DNA from: Candidatus Aminicenantales bacterium
GTDB taxonomy: Bacteria > Acidobacteriota > Aminicenantia > Aminicenantales > UBA4085
NCBI GenBank assembly: GCA_049515535.1
Contig: JBEKTZ010000011.1
Coordinates: 1-64,000, forward strand
Length of the DNA: 64,000 nucleotides
Direction: 5' to 3'
Shown here one piece after another: positions 39,636-49,297 of this stretch (position 1 is its first letter; the number at the start of each line of letters is the position of its first letter). The translations under genes and the position numbers were made by a program. The notes beneath the pieces were generated by a model. It was not told the DNA's origin. It ran no database searches and saw only the letters and a list, made by a program, of their open reading frames with translations.

Positions 39636-40649
39636 TTATTTAAATATCAGCCGGCAGATTTCATAGAGCAGCCCCGCGCAGAGGGCCGAGCACGGGATCG
39701 TCAGGATCCAGGCCCAGATGATTTTGATCGTCACCTGCCACTTGACCGCGGCGGCGTTTTTTGCCGTCCCCACTCCCGCCACGGCGCCCGTGATGACGTG
39801 GGTCGTCGAAACCGGAACGCCCAGATGCGTCGCCGTAAAAATCGAGATGGCGCTCGCGGTCTCCGCGCAAAAGCCGTCGATCGGCTTCAGCTTCACGATC
39901 TTCTGGCCCATGGTCTTGACGATGCGCCAGCCGCCCGAAAGCGTGCCCATCGCGATCGCGCAGTGGGCGGAAAGAACGATCCACAGCGGGATGGGAATGC
40001 CCTCGCTTCCCTTCTTCAGGAGGCCTGAAGCGACCAGCAGGCCGGCAATGATGCCCATCGTCTTTTGCGCGTCGTTGCCGCCGTGGCCCAGGCTATAGAG
40101 CGCCGCGGAGACGAATTGCATACGCTTCGACCAGAGATTGATCCGCTGCAAAGGCCTTTTATGAACGACCCAGGTCGTCAGGATCATGAGAATAAGGCCC
40201 AGCCCCATACCCATCATGGGCGCGAGGACGATGAAAATGGCGATCTTGATCCAGCCGCTGAGGATGACGACCTTGAAGCCGGCCTTCGCCACGGCCGCGC
40301 CGAGATATCCGCCCACCAAAGAATGCGAGGAGCTCGAAGGAATTCCCAAATACCAGGTCAATAAATTCCAGGCGATGGCGCCGATCAAAGCGCAAAAAAT
40401 CACCAAAGGGATGACCTGGTCGATCTTGATGAGACCGCCGCCGATGGTCTTCGCGACACCCGTGCCGAAGACCAGAAAAGCGATGAAATTGAAGAATGAC
40501 GCCCAGATCACAGCCTGTTTCGGGCTCAGAACCCGGGTGGAGACGATGGTGGCGACGGAATTGGCCGCATCGTGAAGACCGTTGGTGAAGTCGAAGGCAA
40601 GGGCGATGCCGACGATGACGACGATGAAAACGAGGCTCCAGCCGGACAT
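39636..40649 (-). CDS. pit: Inorganic phosphate transporter, PiT family
   Basis: NGLHDAAN and HGGNDAQK motifs, PVSTTH. Start reassigned to ATG 40649. Confidence 0.92.
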   Translation of the reverse strand: MSGWSLVFIVVIVGIALAFDFTNGLHDAANSVATIVSTRVLSPKQAVIWASFFNFIAFLVFGTGVAKTIGGGLIKIDQVIPLVIFCALIGAIAWNLLTWYLGIPSSSSHSLVGGYLGAAVAKAGFKVVILSGWIKIAIFIVLAPMMGMGLGLILMILTTWVVHKRPLQRINLWSKRMQFVSAALYSLGHGGNDAQKTMGIIAGLLVASGLLKKGSEGIPIPLWIVLSAHCAIAMGTLSGGWRIVKTMGQKIVKLKPIDGFCAETASAISIFTATHLGVPVSTTHVITGAVAGVGTAKNAAAVKWQVTIKIIWAWILTIPCSALCAGLLYEICRLIFK

Positions 40650-40651
40650 GC

Positions 40652-41278
40652 TCAGCTGCTTTTGACGATGATGCCTTCGACGGTGTTGCTGATGTTCTGA
40701 TAGACGTCCATGATGTGCTCGAGCGTTCCCAGAATGTCCTTCCACTTGATGATGAGGATCGGGTCTTTCTCGCCGTTCAAGAGGGCCCGGAGCTCCCGGT
40801 GATAAAGGAGGTCTCCTTGATCTTCGAGATCGTGGATTTCGCAAATGAGCTTCCAGATCGTGTCCGTGTATTTCTTATGCTTGAAGAGCTCGTCAATAAG
40901 CGTGATCAGGGATCGCGTCGCTTTGCCGATGAGGATGGAAAAGTCGTCGACGAAAGGCCGCTTCTCCGGGACTTCGTAAAGATAGATGTTGTGGATCGTG
41001 TTTTCCAGGAGGTCGATAATATCGTCGAACTCGTGGATGAGCTGGTAGATGTCCTCGCGGTCGAACGGCGTGATGAAGCTCTTGTTGAGAAGATTGATGA
41101 TGTCGTGGGTGATGACGTCGGCTTTGTGTTCGATCTCCTTGGAGCGTTGCCAATAATGGTCGAAATCCCGGTAGCGCGCCGAGAACTCCTGGAAGACCGA
41201 CGTGATTTCGGTCAGGCAGGCCGACATTTTCTGGAAATGCTCGAAGAAGGCCGGTTCTTTGGGCAACAGGAATTTCAT
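40652..41278 (-). CDS. DUF47 (PhoU-like) Pit accessory protein
   Basis: EHKAD..FITPFDREDI; directly upstream of pit. Confidence 0.9.
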   Translation of the reverse strand: MKFLLPKEPAFFEHFQKMSACLTEITSVFQEFSARYRDFDHYWQRSKEIEHKADVITHDIINLLNKSFITPFDREDIYQLIHEFDDIIDLLENTIHNIYLYEVPEKRPFVDDFSILIGKATRSLITLIDELFKHKKYTDTIWKLICEIHDLEDQGDLLYHRELRALLNGEKDPILIIKWKDILGTLEHIMDVYQNISNTVEGIIVKSS

Positions 41279-41367
41279 GGTAATCCTTGATGAAGATCCA
41301 AGAGTCTAAAGGATATATCCAAAAGGGAATCAATTGCAAGGCGGGAGTCCTGGCGGCCGTGGAGCGC

Positions 41368-44265
41368 TTAATCGATCTTCTTTTTCTTGATCGTCACCTC
41401 GCCCTGCTGAATGATTTGGATCGGGCGGATGATCGGGAAGACGTTGATCTCGACCTTCTCCTGGCTGCCCGGCTTGAGCTCGAAGGTGAACGTGTCCTTC
41501 TCAAAAGCGTGGAGCTCGGGCAGATTGTTGTCGTAAACCTTGAGCGTATAGGTGCCGGGGCGCAGGCTGTCGAAAACGAAGCGGCCGTCCTCGTCCGTCA
41601 GGGCGTGGAAGACCTCCTCGTCCGCGCTGACGAGCTCGACGGCCGTCGCGACGAGGGCCGCGCTTCCGACCATTTTGGGCTTGGCGTCGTCCGCCTTGTC
41701 CTTCTCCCCGGATTCCGAGACAGAGGGCCCTTTCGGGGCCGGGCCTTTTTTAACGAGCAGGGAGGGCTCCGGCTTCTCTTGTTTATAGACCATGATCCGG
41801 CCGGTGATGCTCGCTCCAGTCGTCAATCCGATGGAACATTCGAGCTTCTTTCCGCCTTCGACCGTCAAGTTCAGCGGCGTTTTCTCGAGGGTGATCTTGC
41901 TGTGCTGGGCGGTCCGCTCATCCAAAGTCAGGTTGTAGGATCCCGGCTCGAGACCGTGAAAGACATAATCGCCGCTCTGGTCCGTCACGGTGGCCAGGTC
42001 GTTGACCTTGACGATCACGCCTTCGACGCCCTTCCGCCCGTTCTCGGCGTCATAGACCTTCCCCCGGAGCATCCCGATCGAACGTTTGCGGCTGACCGGG
42101 AATCCGAGCGGGATGGAGTATTCGACGAGCCCGATGAACCGGTTGGCCGGGCCCGTGCCGACGAAGGCGTTGGCCGCCCTCTGGACGCGCACGGACAGCT
42201 GATGGCCGTTGCCGAAGCGCTGGCTGAGGCTTATCCCGAACATGTCGTAGTTGTTCAGGAGGAACGCCGGGTCCTCGAAGCTTTTCTCGGACAGCGCGCT
42301 GCGGTAGAGGTCCTGATGGATGGCCGTGCGATAAAAAGCGTCGAAGCTCGTCCGGCCCGACTGGAATCCGACGTTGAAGTTCAGGTCCAAGCGGCGTTCC
42401 TTGTCCCCGGTGAACGATTCGTCTTGGTCGCGGTAATGGAGATATCCGCCCAACGTCAGCTTATCGATGATCGTGAAATTCGTCGCAAAGGTGTATTCGA
42501 CGAGCTTTTCGAATTTTTTCGTGATTTCGTTGAAGGTCCTGCCGTAGTCCACGAAATTCTGGAGACTGAAGGAACCGATGTTGACCATGGCGCCGGCCCT
42601 CAGCGTCGAGTCGCGATAATTGAACTGGGAATCCAAGGACAGGTCCTGGCGATCGTGATTTCGATGTTCCAATGAGACCATCAGCCATTTCCTAGCCTGC
42701 CACTGAAGCCCGGCCTGGAAAGTCCGGTCGTAGAAGGGCAGGAAATAAGGCAGGATGGCCGTGTTCCTCCGCTGGTCGAGATAGGAAGCCTTCAATTGAA
42801 GTTTGGGCCAGGGGCTCAGGGTCAATTCGCCGCTGCGATAATTCAAATTCTGGTAATATCCGTTGAACTCCGAGCCCGACTGGATGACGTTGGCCCGATA
42901 GGAAAAGAACTTGTAACCGCCGCTGGCGTCCAGCCAGAGCGCGCTGTTGGCCGGCCGAAGGTCTTTTGCGGCCGTCCAATCCCAGGAATACTCCAGGGTG
43001 AGGTTGGCGAGATCGTTGAGATACTGCGACTGGAAGCTGAAAATGCGGCTGTCCGGACGCGCTGTTGCCGTTTCCATCAGGTAGCTGAATTTCAGCGACA
43101 TTCTGCCGGCGGGCGAGAATCCGAGCTGGAGGGCCTTTTCGTTATTGGTCGAGCCGACGAAGAGGTTCCGTTCGTAATATCCACGGAGCGACCACCGGCC
43201 GGCGTTGAGTACGGCCTCGACGCCGCGGCCGTACTCCCCGAACTGGGTCAGGTTTGTCAGGGCGAACGACTTGTCGCCGACGTTCACGTTCAGGAGCGGC
43301 GAATCGTAGCGGAAGCGGTATTCCTCGCGCTGCATACCGAACAGATTGAAATCGTTCCGTCCCGGCCCGCGGAAGAGCAAATCGACCTTGTGCCGCCCCA
43401 GCTCATCGAGCGCCCCGGTCCCGGAGATCTTGAATTGGGCGTACCGGGCGCCTTCGCTCGTGGACAGCGCCACGAAGCCGATCTCGAGGGGAACCTTGTT
43501 GTAGTAGTCGACATTGCCGTAGACACGCGGGATGATGTCCTGTTGGGTCAAAGCCTCCGCGGTCAGCGTTCCTTGGCCGGGGACGACGGCCTCGGCTTTG
43601 ACCCGGACGAGTTGGCCCAGCTTCTTGCGGATGCCGCCGTCCGTCTGGACGGTGACTTCCACGGGGGCGGTTTGACCGGCCTCGACGCGCAGCGTTTTAG
43701 CGCCGGGATCGACGCGAAATCCGTTGCTGATGACGTCCAGGTTTACGTCCAAAGGCGCGTTGCCTTGATTGAGGACCAGGAACTTGGATTTGCAGACATC
43801 GCCGGCGATGGCGAACGGAGGGATGTCCATCGCCTGAAGGCTGAGGCGGGCTTCCAGAAGAACTTTGACCCCCACCTCGGCCCGATCGGCCAGGGGAGGA
43901 TTCCCCGAAGTGCTGACCTCATATCCGATCTTATAGGTCCCCGCCAGCGCTTGGACGGGCACGAAAATCGAGACCAATCGGACGGCCTCGGCGCCCGCGG
44001 CCAGCTTGAAGGCGGATTCGGCCATCACCAGCTTCCAGCCTTCAGGAAGATCGATTCTTCCCGTGAACTCGCGGGGCTTCGTCGTCCGGTTCGTGACCCG
44101 GAAGACGGCGGTAAAAGAGGTCAGGGGCTTGGCTTCGATGATGCCGGGCCGGACGGGCTGGACCGCGACCCCGCGCGACGCGTTCTGAGCGAACGCCGAA
44201 GCGAAGCAGAGCAGGATGATCCCTGCCCGGATCGCGAGCGTTCCAACGAGTCGCTTAGAAGCCAT
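41368..44265 (-). CDS. Large outer-membrane usher-like protein (Ig-like N domains, predicted barrel, two C-terminal carboxypeptidase-regulatory/prealbumin-like domains)
   Basis: Signal peptide; aromatic amphipathic central region; TDQSGDYVF.GL.PG.Y and TDEDGRFVF..LRPGTY; last gene of the pilin cluster. Confidence 0.65.
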   Translation of the reverse strand: MASKRLVGTLAIRAGIILLCFASAFAQNASRGVAVQPVRPGIIEAKPLTSFTAVFRVTNRTTKPREFTGRIDLPEGWKLVMAESAFKLAAGAEAVRLVSIFVPVQALAGTYKIGYEVSTSGNPPLADRAEVGVKVLLEARLSLQAMDIPPFAIAGDVCKSKFLVLNQGNAPLDVNLDVISNGFRVDPGAKTLRVEAGQTAPVEVTVQTDGGIRKKLGQLVRVKAEAVVPGQGTLTAEALTQQDIIPRVYGNVDYYNKVPLEIGFVALSTSEGARYAQFKISGTGALDELGRHKVDLLFRGPGRNDFNLFGMQREEYRFRYDSPLLNVNVGDKSFALTNLTQFGEYGRGVEAVLNAGRWSLRGYYERNLFVGSTNNEKALQLGFSPAGRMSLKFSYLMETATARPDSRIFSFQSQYLNDLANLTLEYSWDWTAAKDLRPANSALWLDASGGYKFFSYRANVIQSGSEFNGYYQNLNYRSGELTLSPWPKLQLKASYLDQRRNTAILPYFLPFYDRTFQAGLQWQARKWLMVSLEHRNHDRQDLSLDSQFNYRDSTLRAGAMVNIGSFSLQNFVDYGRTFNEITKKFEKLVEYTFATNFTIIDKLTLGGYLHYRDQDESFTGDKERRLDLNFNVGFQSGRTSFDAFYRTAIHQDLYRSALSEKSFEDPAFLLNNYDMFGISLSQRFGNGHQLSVRVQRAANAFVGTGPANRFIGLVEYSIPLGFPVSRKRSIGMLRGKVYDAENGRKGVEGVIVKVNDLATVTDQSGDYVFHGLEPGSYNLTLDERTAQHSKITLEKTPLNLTVEGGKKLECSIGLTTGASITGRIMVYKQEKPEPSLLVKKGPAPKGPSVSESGEKDKADDAKPKMVGSAALVATAVELVSADEEVFHALTDEDGRFVFDSLRPGTYTLKVYDNNLPELHAFEKDTFTFELKPGSQEKVEINVFPIIRPIQIIQQGEVTIKKKKID

Positions 44266-44286
44266 GGGTGCCCCTGATCATTCCTT

Positions 44287-45222
44287 TCATTTTTTGACGG
44301 TTTGGCCGGCGCTAGCGATATTCGCGGCAGCGACGGCGGCCGTTTCCGGGCTCTTTTTGACCTTCGCCGGCGCGGCGGCGGGCGGCGCGCTCTGAGTGAC
44401 GTTCAATTTATACTGGGCGCCGAAAACGGAAGCGTCCTTGTTGTCGAAGACGATGAGCGCGTTATAAACGCCCTTCTTGAGCGAACTGGCGTCGAACCTG
44501 TACCGGACAGACGTGCCGGGGAAGATCCTCCACCGTTCGCCCTCGATTTTGCCGGCGGGTTCGCCTTTTTCGTTATAGAGCTCGACATAAGAGAAGGGCC
44601 GCAGCCAGCGCTCGCCGTTGTTCTCGATATCGACCTGGAGCGTCTTCTGTTTCTTGTCCTGAAGCAGCTCGGTTTTAAGGAACTTTAGGCTGCGCGCGCC
44701 CGTTTCGCCGAAGTGCGTCACGATCTGGACGCCATAGCGCATGACCTGGCTGACGCCGAAGTTGATCTCTTTCTTATCAGCGTCTCTCTTGACCCGCTGG
44801 GCGGGCGGGATGACCTCGAACATGATGATGCTCCAATATGTCCCGACCAGGCTCGTGCCGGCGGGGACCTTGCAGGAGTATCTCACGTCCATGGTGGCTT
44901 GCCCGGGGATGGTCACCTGCTTAGGGCCGACCGTGATCCAGGCCGCGTTGGACCGGCCGATCTTGCCGGGGGCATCATAATAGGTTTTGCCGTCGGCCGT
45001 GAACGAATAATCGGTCTGGTAGATCTTGACGGTCTCTTCCTTAGGGCCGTTGTTCTTTAGGGTGATAAAACTCTCGAACATCTCGCCCGGCTTGCAGATC
45101 TTTTCCTGGGTCAGACCGTTGACGATGCCGACTTGGGCCCGCATGATCAGCGGGCTCAAGGCCAAGGCAAGAATGACGCCGAGGACGATCTTCATCGTGT
45201 TGCTCTCATTTTTCTTACGCAT
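44287..45222 (-). CDS. Periplasmic chaperone-like two-Ig-domain protein
   Basis: Signal peptide; ITLKN, WITVGP, GTYWSIIMFE, RYGVQIV, ENNGE resemble the PapD-like chaperone layout. Start at ATG 45222 after GGAGG. Confidence 0.65.
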   Translation of the reverse strand: MRKKNESNTMKIVLGVILALALSPLIMRAQVGIVNGLTQEKICKPGEMFESFITLKNNGPKEETVKIYQTDYSFTADGKTYYDAPGKIGRSNAAWITVGPKQVTIPGQATMDVRYSCKVPAGTSLVGTYWSIIMFEVIPPAQRVKRDADKKEINFGVSQVMRYGVQIVTHFGETGARSLKFLKTELLQDKKQKTLQVDIENNGERWLRPFSYVELYNEKGEPAGKIEGERWRIFPGTSVRYRFDASSLKKGVYNALIVFDNKDASVFGAQYKLNVTQSAPPAAAPAKVKKSPETAAVAAANIASAGQTVKK

Positions 45223-45232
45223 GTTCTTCCTC

Positions 45233-45742
45233 CTAATCCGTCTGAGTGACCGTGTAACGGATGGTCGTCGAATAAGACGCGGCCGGAACGGCGGTTGACA
45301 CACCGGTGAGCTGGAATTGAAGCGTAAAGCCGTCTCGATTTGCATAGCCGGTCATGAACGTCTGGGTCGTCGTCGTGACCTCGAGAAAGGTCGTTCCGCC
45401 GGAGTACGTTCCAGTTCCGGAAGTCCCGTTGTTGGTCCGCTTGACCCAGAGATGGAGATTCGCGTGCCAGGTTGTGTCCACACGCAATACATCGATCCGC
45501 CAAGAATGGCTGCCCGCCCCGGAAACGCCCAAGGTCGCCTGGTCAGTAGCGCTCGTGTAAGTCGAGGTCAGGTCAGTTCCGGCTCCCCCGGTGAGATTAG
45601 CCTGTCCGATCGAAAGCGACCAGCTTCCCGTCACGGTGATCGAGACGGTCGCTTCGGCGATCGCGATCAGGACGAGCGTCGCCAGCAGGATGAGCCCGGC
45701 CGTTTTCCCTGCCTTTTCCATTTTCGTTCTCACGGTATTCAT
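45233..45742 (-). CDS. Minor pilin-like secreted protein
   Basis: Signal peptide; Thr/Gly-rich beta protein ending YSTTIRYTVTQ. Confidence 0.65.
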   Translation of the reverse strand: MNTVRTKMEKAGKTAGLILLATLVLIAIAEATVSITVTGSWSLSIGQANLTGGAGTDLTSTYTSATDQATLGVSGAGSHSWRIDVLRVDTTWHANLHLWVKRTNNGTSGTGTYSGGTTFLEVTTTTQTFMTGYANRDGFTLQFQLTGVSTAVPAASYSTTIRYTVTQTD

Positions 45743-45771
45743 GGTCTTCCAGCTTGTATCTCAATACGAGA

Positions 45772-45829
45772 ATAAATCCGCTCCGCTTCGAGGTAAATCG
45801 CCGCCGCGGATGAAATCAGGGGGTGAAAT
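45772..45829 (-). promoter_or_regulatory. Conserved regulatory block (copy 2 of 47786-47843)
   Basis: ataaatccg-N12-gtaaatcgcc-N8-tgaa.t-N3-ggggtgaaat, with identical spacing in both copies. Confidence 0.65.
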
Positions 45830-45926
45830 TGACTCCTCCCGGGGACTCAAAAAAGGGAGGGGATTCTCCCCCTTGAGGGTGAGTCTGGAGGGTGAGAATA
45901 AAATGAAAGATTAAAAGGAAGAATTT

Positions 45927-46487
45927 TTAGGAATCGGTCAGGGTCAAGGTGATCGTGGCCGACTTGCTTTCGTTGGCCACTAATGACGTCATGGTAATGA
46001 TATTCAAAGCGTATGCAAATCGAGCGCCGCTCGTCGCGCCCGTTCCGGTGGCGCAGCCCCCGATGCTCGTGACTAGGTTCTGGGCTGTGGTCGAAACGAG
46101 GATCTGTCCGGCGCTCGTGCCCTGGCCGCTTCCGGGGGTGGCCGTGAGTCGCAACTCGCAGCCGGTGGGCGCGCTGTTCCCGGTCGCCCAGGCGGCCGTG
46201 ATTCTCCGCGTGACGCCGGAAGCGACGGCGGAAGAGTATTGGGCGTAGGTGCTGGTGCTGGTCGCATTAGAAGGCACACCGCCAGGCGTGGCCGGATTGG
46301 CGATCGTCAGATTAACGGAGCTTGAGGTCACGGCGACAAGGCAGAAGGAGGCTATGGTAACTGAAACGGCCGTAGTGGCCGTCGTTGCGCTCCGGATCTG
46401 GCCGGTCAGGAGGAAAGCGCACAGGGCGCCGATAAGAACGGCCTTGAGGGTCCACGAACGCGGTGAATATGTCATTTTAGCGTCCAT
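45927..46487 (-). CDS. Pilin-like subunit (paralog 3)
   Basis: Shares TYAQY, RITAAW, GC.L.LTATP, CATG and ESKSAT.TLTLTD with its two neighbours. Confidence 0.75.
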   Translation of the reverse strand: MDAKMTYSPRSWTLKAVLIGALCAFLLTGQIRSATTATTAVSVTIASFCLVAVTSSSVNLTIANPATPGGVPSNATSTSTYAQYSSAVASGVTRRITAAWATGNSAPTGCELRLTATPGSGQGTSAGQILVSTTAQNLVTSIGGCATGTGATSGARFAYALNIITMTSLVANESKSATITLTLTDS

Positions 46488-46577
46488 TTTCGTGTCTCAG
46501 CCCGCCTCTCCTCTGCTTCTAAGAGAGATCAGCGGCCAGAGAAGGGAATGTCCCCTTCCCTCGCCGTTCTCTCTTCA

Positions 46578-47114
46578 TCAGGCGGCGTCGGTAAGGGTTA
46601 GGGTGACCGTCGCCGACTTGCTTTCGCTCGCGACCAGGGCCGTCGCGTCGCTGACATCCAGCGCGTAGGACAACTGGGCGCCGTAGGTGCCGCCGGTCCC
46701 GGTGGCGCAGCTCCGGATGGTCGTGACGACGTCCTGGGCCGTCGAGGTCATGGTGATCTGTCCCGCGCCGGTGCCTTGGTTGCCTCCGGCCGGCGTGGCC
46801 GTCAGCTTCAAGGCGCATCCGGCCGGCGCCGCGTCTCCGGTTGCCCACTTCGCGGTGATCTTCCTGGTCGTTCCCGCCGCGACCGTCGAGGTGTATTGGG
46901 CGTAGGTCGTGGTGCTCGAGCCGCTCACCGGCGTCTGACCGCCGGTCGTCGGAGCGGACACGGTCAGCGTCGACGGGTTGCCCGTCACGGACACCACGCA
47001 GATCGCGCCGACCTGCATCGTCACCGTTTGGGTCGCCGTCGAGACAGCGAACGTCAGCCCGACGACACCGAGGCCGAAAACCACTCCTATTAGGATGGCT
47101 TTCAAGTGTTTCAT
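46578..47114 (-). CDS. Pilin-like subunit (paralog 2)
   Basis: Signal peptide, then VSTATQTVTMQV.AIC; C-terminus SATVTLTLTDAA. Confidence 0.75.
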   Translation of the reverse strand: MKHLKAILIGVVFGLGVVGLTFAVSTATQTVTMQVGAICVVSVTGNPSTLTVSAPTTGGQTPVSGSSTTTYAQYTSTVAAGTTRKITAKWATGDAAPAGCALKLTATPAGGNQGTGAGQITMTSTAQDVVTTIRSCATGTGGTYGAQLSYALDVSDATALVASESKSATVTLTLTDAA

Positions 47115-47194
47115 GTCATATCTCCTTTTTCGATCCCATTTTCATTTCAGTCTCAGGGCAACGGGAGAGAACTCGTTCCCGCCGTCCCGATGCG

Positions 47195-47734
47195 TCAAGC
47201 GGCATCTGTCAGGGTCAGAGTGACCGTGGCGGACTTGCTCTCGCTCGCGACCAGAGACGTCACGGTGTCCACGGACAATGCATACGTCAACTGGGCGCCG
47301 TTCGAGGCGCTCGTGCCCGTCGCGCAGCTCCGGATCGTCGTGACGACGTCCTGGGCCGTCGCGGACATGGTGATCTGCCCCGTGCTCGTGCCCTGGTTGG
47401 TTCCGCCGGAGGGCGTAGCCGTCAGCTTCAGCGAGCAGCCGGCCGGCGCCGCGTCCGAACCACCCCACGCCGCCGTGATCTTCCGCGTCTGGCTGGCGCC
47501 GACGGTCGAGGTGTACTGGGCGTACGTTGTGTTGGACGAAGGGTTGGACGGCGTCTGGCCGCCGGTCGCTGGGGCAGAGATGGTCAGAGTCGACGGGCTG
47601 CCCGTGACGGCCAGAACGCAGATCGCGTTGACCTGCATCGTCACCGTCTGGGTGGCCGTCGAGACCCCGAACACGAATCCCGCGATACCGAGCGCGCTTA
47701 CGACTCCTACCGTGAGTGCTTTAAGCGTTTTCAT
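47195..47734 (-). CDS. Pilin-like subunit (paralog 1)
   Basis: Close paralog of 46578-47114. Confidence 0.75.
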   Translation of the reverse strand: MKTLKALTVGVVSALGIAGFVFGVSTATQTVTMQVNAICVLAVTGSPSTLTISAPATGGQTPSNPSSNTTYAQYTSTVGASQTRKITAAWGGSDAAPAGCSLKLTATPSGGTNQGTSTGQITMSATAQDVVTTIRSCATGTSASNGAQLTYALSVDTVTSLVASESKSATVTLTLTDAA

Positions 47735-47785
47735 GATTAACCTCCATCATGCCATTCAGAGATTTTCTCTGAACGCGACGTGAAT

Positions 47786-47843
47786 ATAAATCCGGACATC
47801 GGTACTGTAAATCGCCCCAGGAGGTGAATTTGCGGGGTGAAAT
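47786..47843 (-). promoter_or_regulatory. Conserved regulatory block upstream of the first pilin gene
   Basis: Aligns with 45772-45829 at a constant offset of 2014 nt. Confidence 0.65.
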
Positions 47844-47911
47844 CGCCCCCTCGCCATTGACGCGAAATGAAAACACATCCTCACTTCAAGGGGTGAGGAG
47901 CCGGGGGGAGA

Positions 47912-49225
47912 TTACGCTTCCGGAACGGCGGGCGGGCTGTCGATGAATTTGCCTTCCCAGCGGGCGATGACCGCCGAGGCCAGACAGTTGCCGACGACGT
48001 TGATCGTGGTCCGGACCATGTCCATCAGGCTGTCGATGCCGAGAAGCGCCCCGATCACGAGCGGCACTTTATCGGGCGGAAGGAAGGACGCCAGCGTCGC
48101 CGTCAGGATGACGAGCGCCGACCGCGGCACGCCGGCGACACCCTTGCTCGTCAACATCAAGGTGAAGACCATAATGAGCTGCTGGCCGAACGTCAGGGGA
48201 ATCCCGAGAGCCTGGGCGGCGAACACCGAAGCCAGGGTCAGATAGAGCGATGTGCCGTCCAAATTGAAGCTGTACCCCGTCGGGATGATGAACGCCACGA
48301 TCTCGCGCGGGACGCCGAAGGTCTCCATGGCCTGCATGGCCTTGGGCAGGGCGGCTTCCGAACTCGTCGTCGAAAAGGCGATCGTGGCCGGCTCTTTGAT
48401 CGCCCGGAGGAACTTCCTGACCGGCACTTTAAAAAGGAATGCGATCGGCATGAGAATGCCGAAGATGAAAACGAGGGCGCAGGCGTAGAAGGTCAGGATC
48501 AGGAACCCGAGATTCAACAGCACCCGGAAGCGATCCGCCGAATGCAGGCTGCCCGTGATGAACGTGACCGCCGGAACATGGAACGGAACAAAAACGGGGA
48601 CGACCGCTTCCTGGGGCCGGCCCAGGATGACGGCGATGGCCGCGCCGACGCCGATCGGCGCGTATTTCATGACGATTCCCGTGAACTTGAACATCGTCTC
48701 GGACAGGGAGTCGCAGAAATCGAGGATAATCTTTTTCTTGGAATGAGCCAGGCTCAGGGCGAAGGCGAAGATGATGCTGAAGACGACGACCTGCAAGATC
48801 TCTCCTTCGGCCGCGGCCTGGAAGAAGCTCTGGGGAAAGATATGCGTCAGGATCTCGGCGAACGCCTTCGGCTTGGCCGCGATCACATCGACGCTGCCGC
48901 CCGAGAGCTGGACGCCGACGCCGGGCTTGAGGACGTTGACGAAAAGGAGACCGAGGAAGAGGGCCACGGTCGTGACGATCTCGAAATAGACGAGCGCCTT
49001 GACGCCCATCCGGCCGACGGCCTTCAGGTCGCTGTGGCCGGCGATGCCGACGACCAAGGTGGCGAAGATCAGCGGGGCGATGATGGATTTGATCAGACGG
49101 AGAAAGATGTCGCTCAGCGGCTGGAGCTTGCTGCCGAAGTCGGGAAACAGCGCGCCGACGAGAAGGCCGATCCCCATGCCGATGAAGATGTAAAGGGTCA
49201 GACGGTTTTTCTTCTTGGCGGCCAT
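47912..49225 (-). CDS. Dicarboxylate/amino acid:cation symporter (DAACS, GltP-like)
   Basis: FSTTSSEAALP, PTGYSFNLDG, SKGVAGVP, DMVRT..NV.GN. Confidence 0.93.
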   Translation of the reverse strand: MAAKKKNRLTLYIFIGMGIGLLVGALFPDFGSKLQPLSDIFLRLIKSIIAPLIFATLVVGIAGHSDLKAVGRMGVKALVYFEIVTTVALFLGLLFVNVLKPGVGVQLSGGSVDVIAAKPKAFAEILTHIFPQSFFQAAAEGEILQVVVFSIIFAFALSLAHSKKKIILDFCDSLSETMFKFTGIVMKYAPIGVGAAIAVILGRPQEAVVPVFVPFHVPAVTFITGSLHSADRFRVLLNLGFLILTFYACALVFIFGILMPIAFLFKVPVRKFLRAIKEPATIAFSTTSSEAALPKAMQAMETFGVPREIVAFIIPTGYSFNLDGTSLYLTLASVFAAQALGIPLTFGQQLIMVFTLMLTSKGVAGVPRSALVILTATLASFLPPDKVPLVIGALLGIDSLMDMVRTTINVVGNCLASAVIARWEGKFIDSPPAVPEA

Positions 49226-49297
49226 GTTGGCCTAAAATATCAGAACGCGGTCGGCCAAGTCAAATGACGACATGCCGTCTAAAATAAATGTCAGTCT

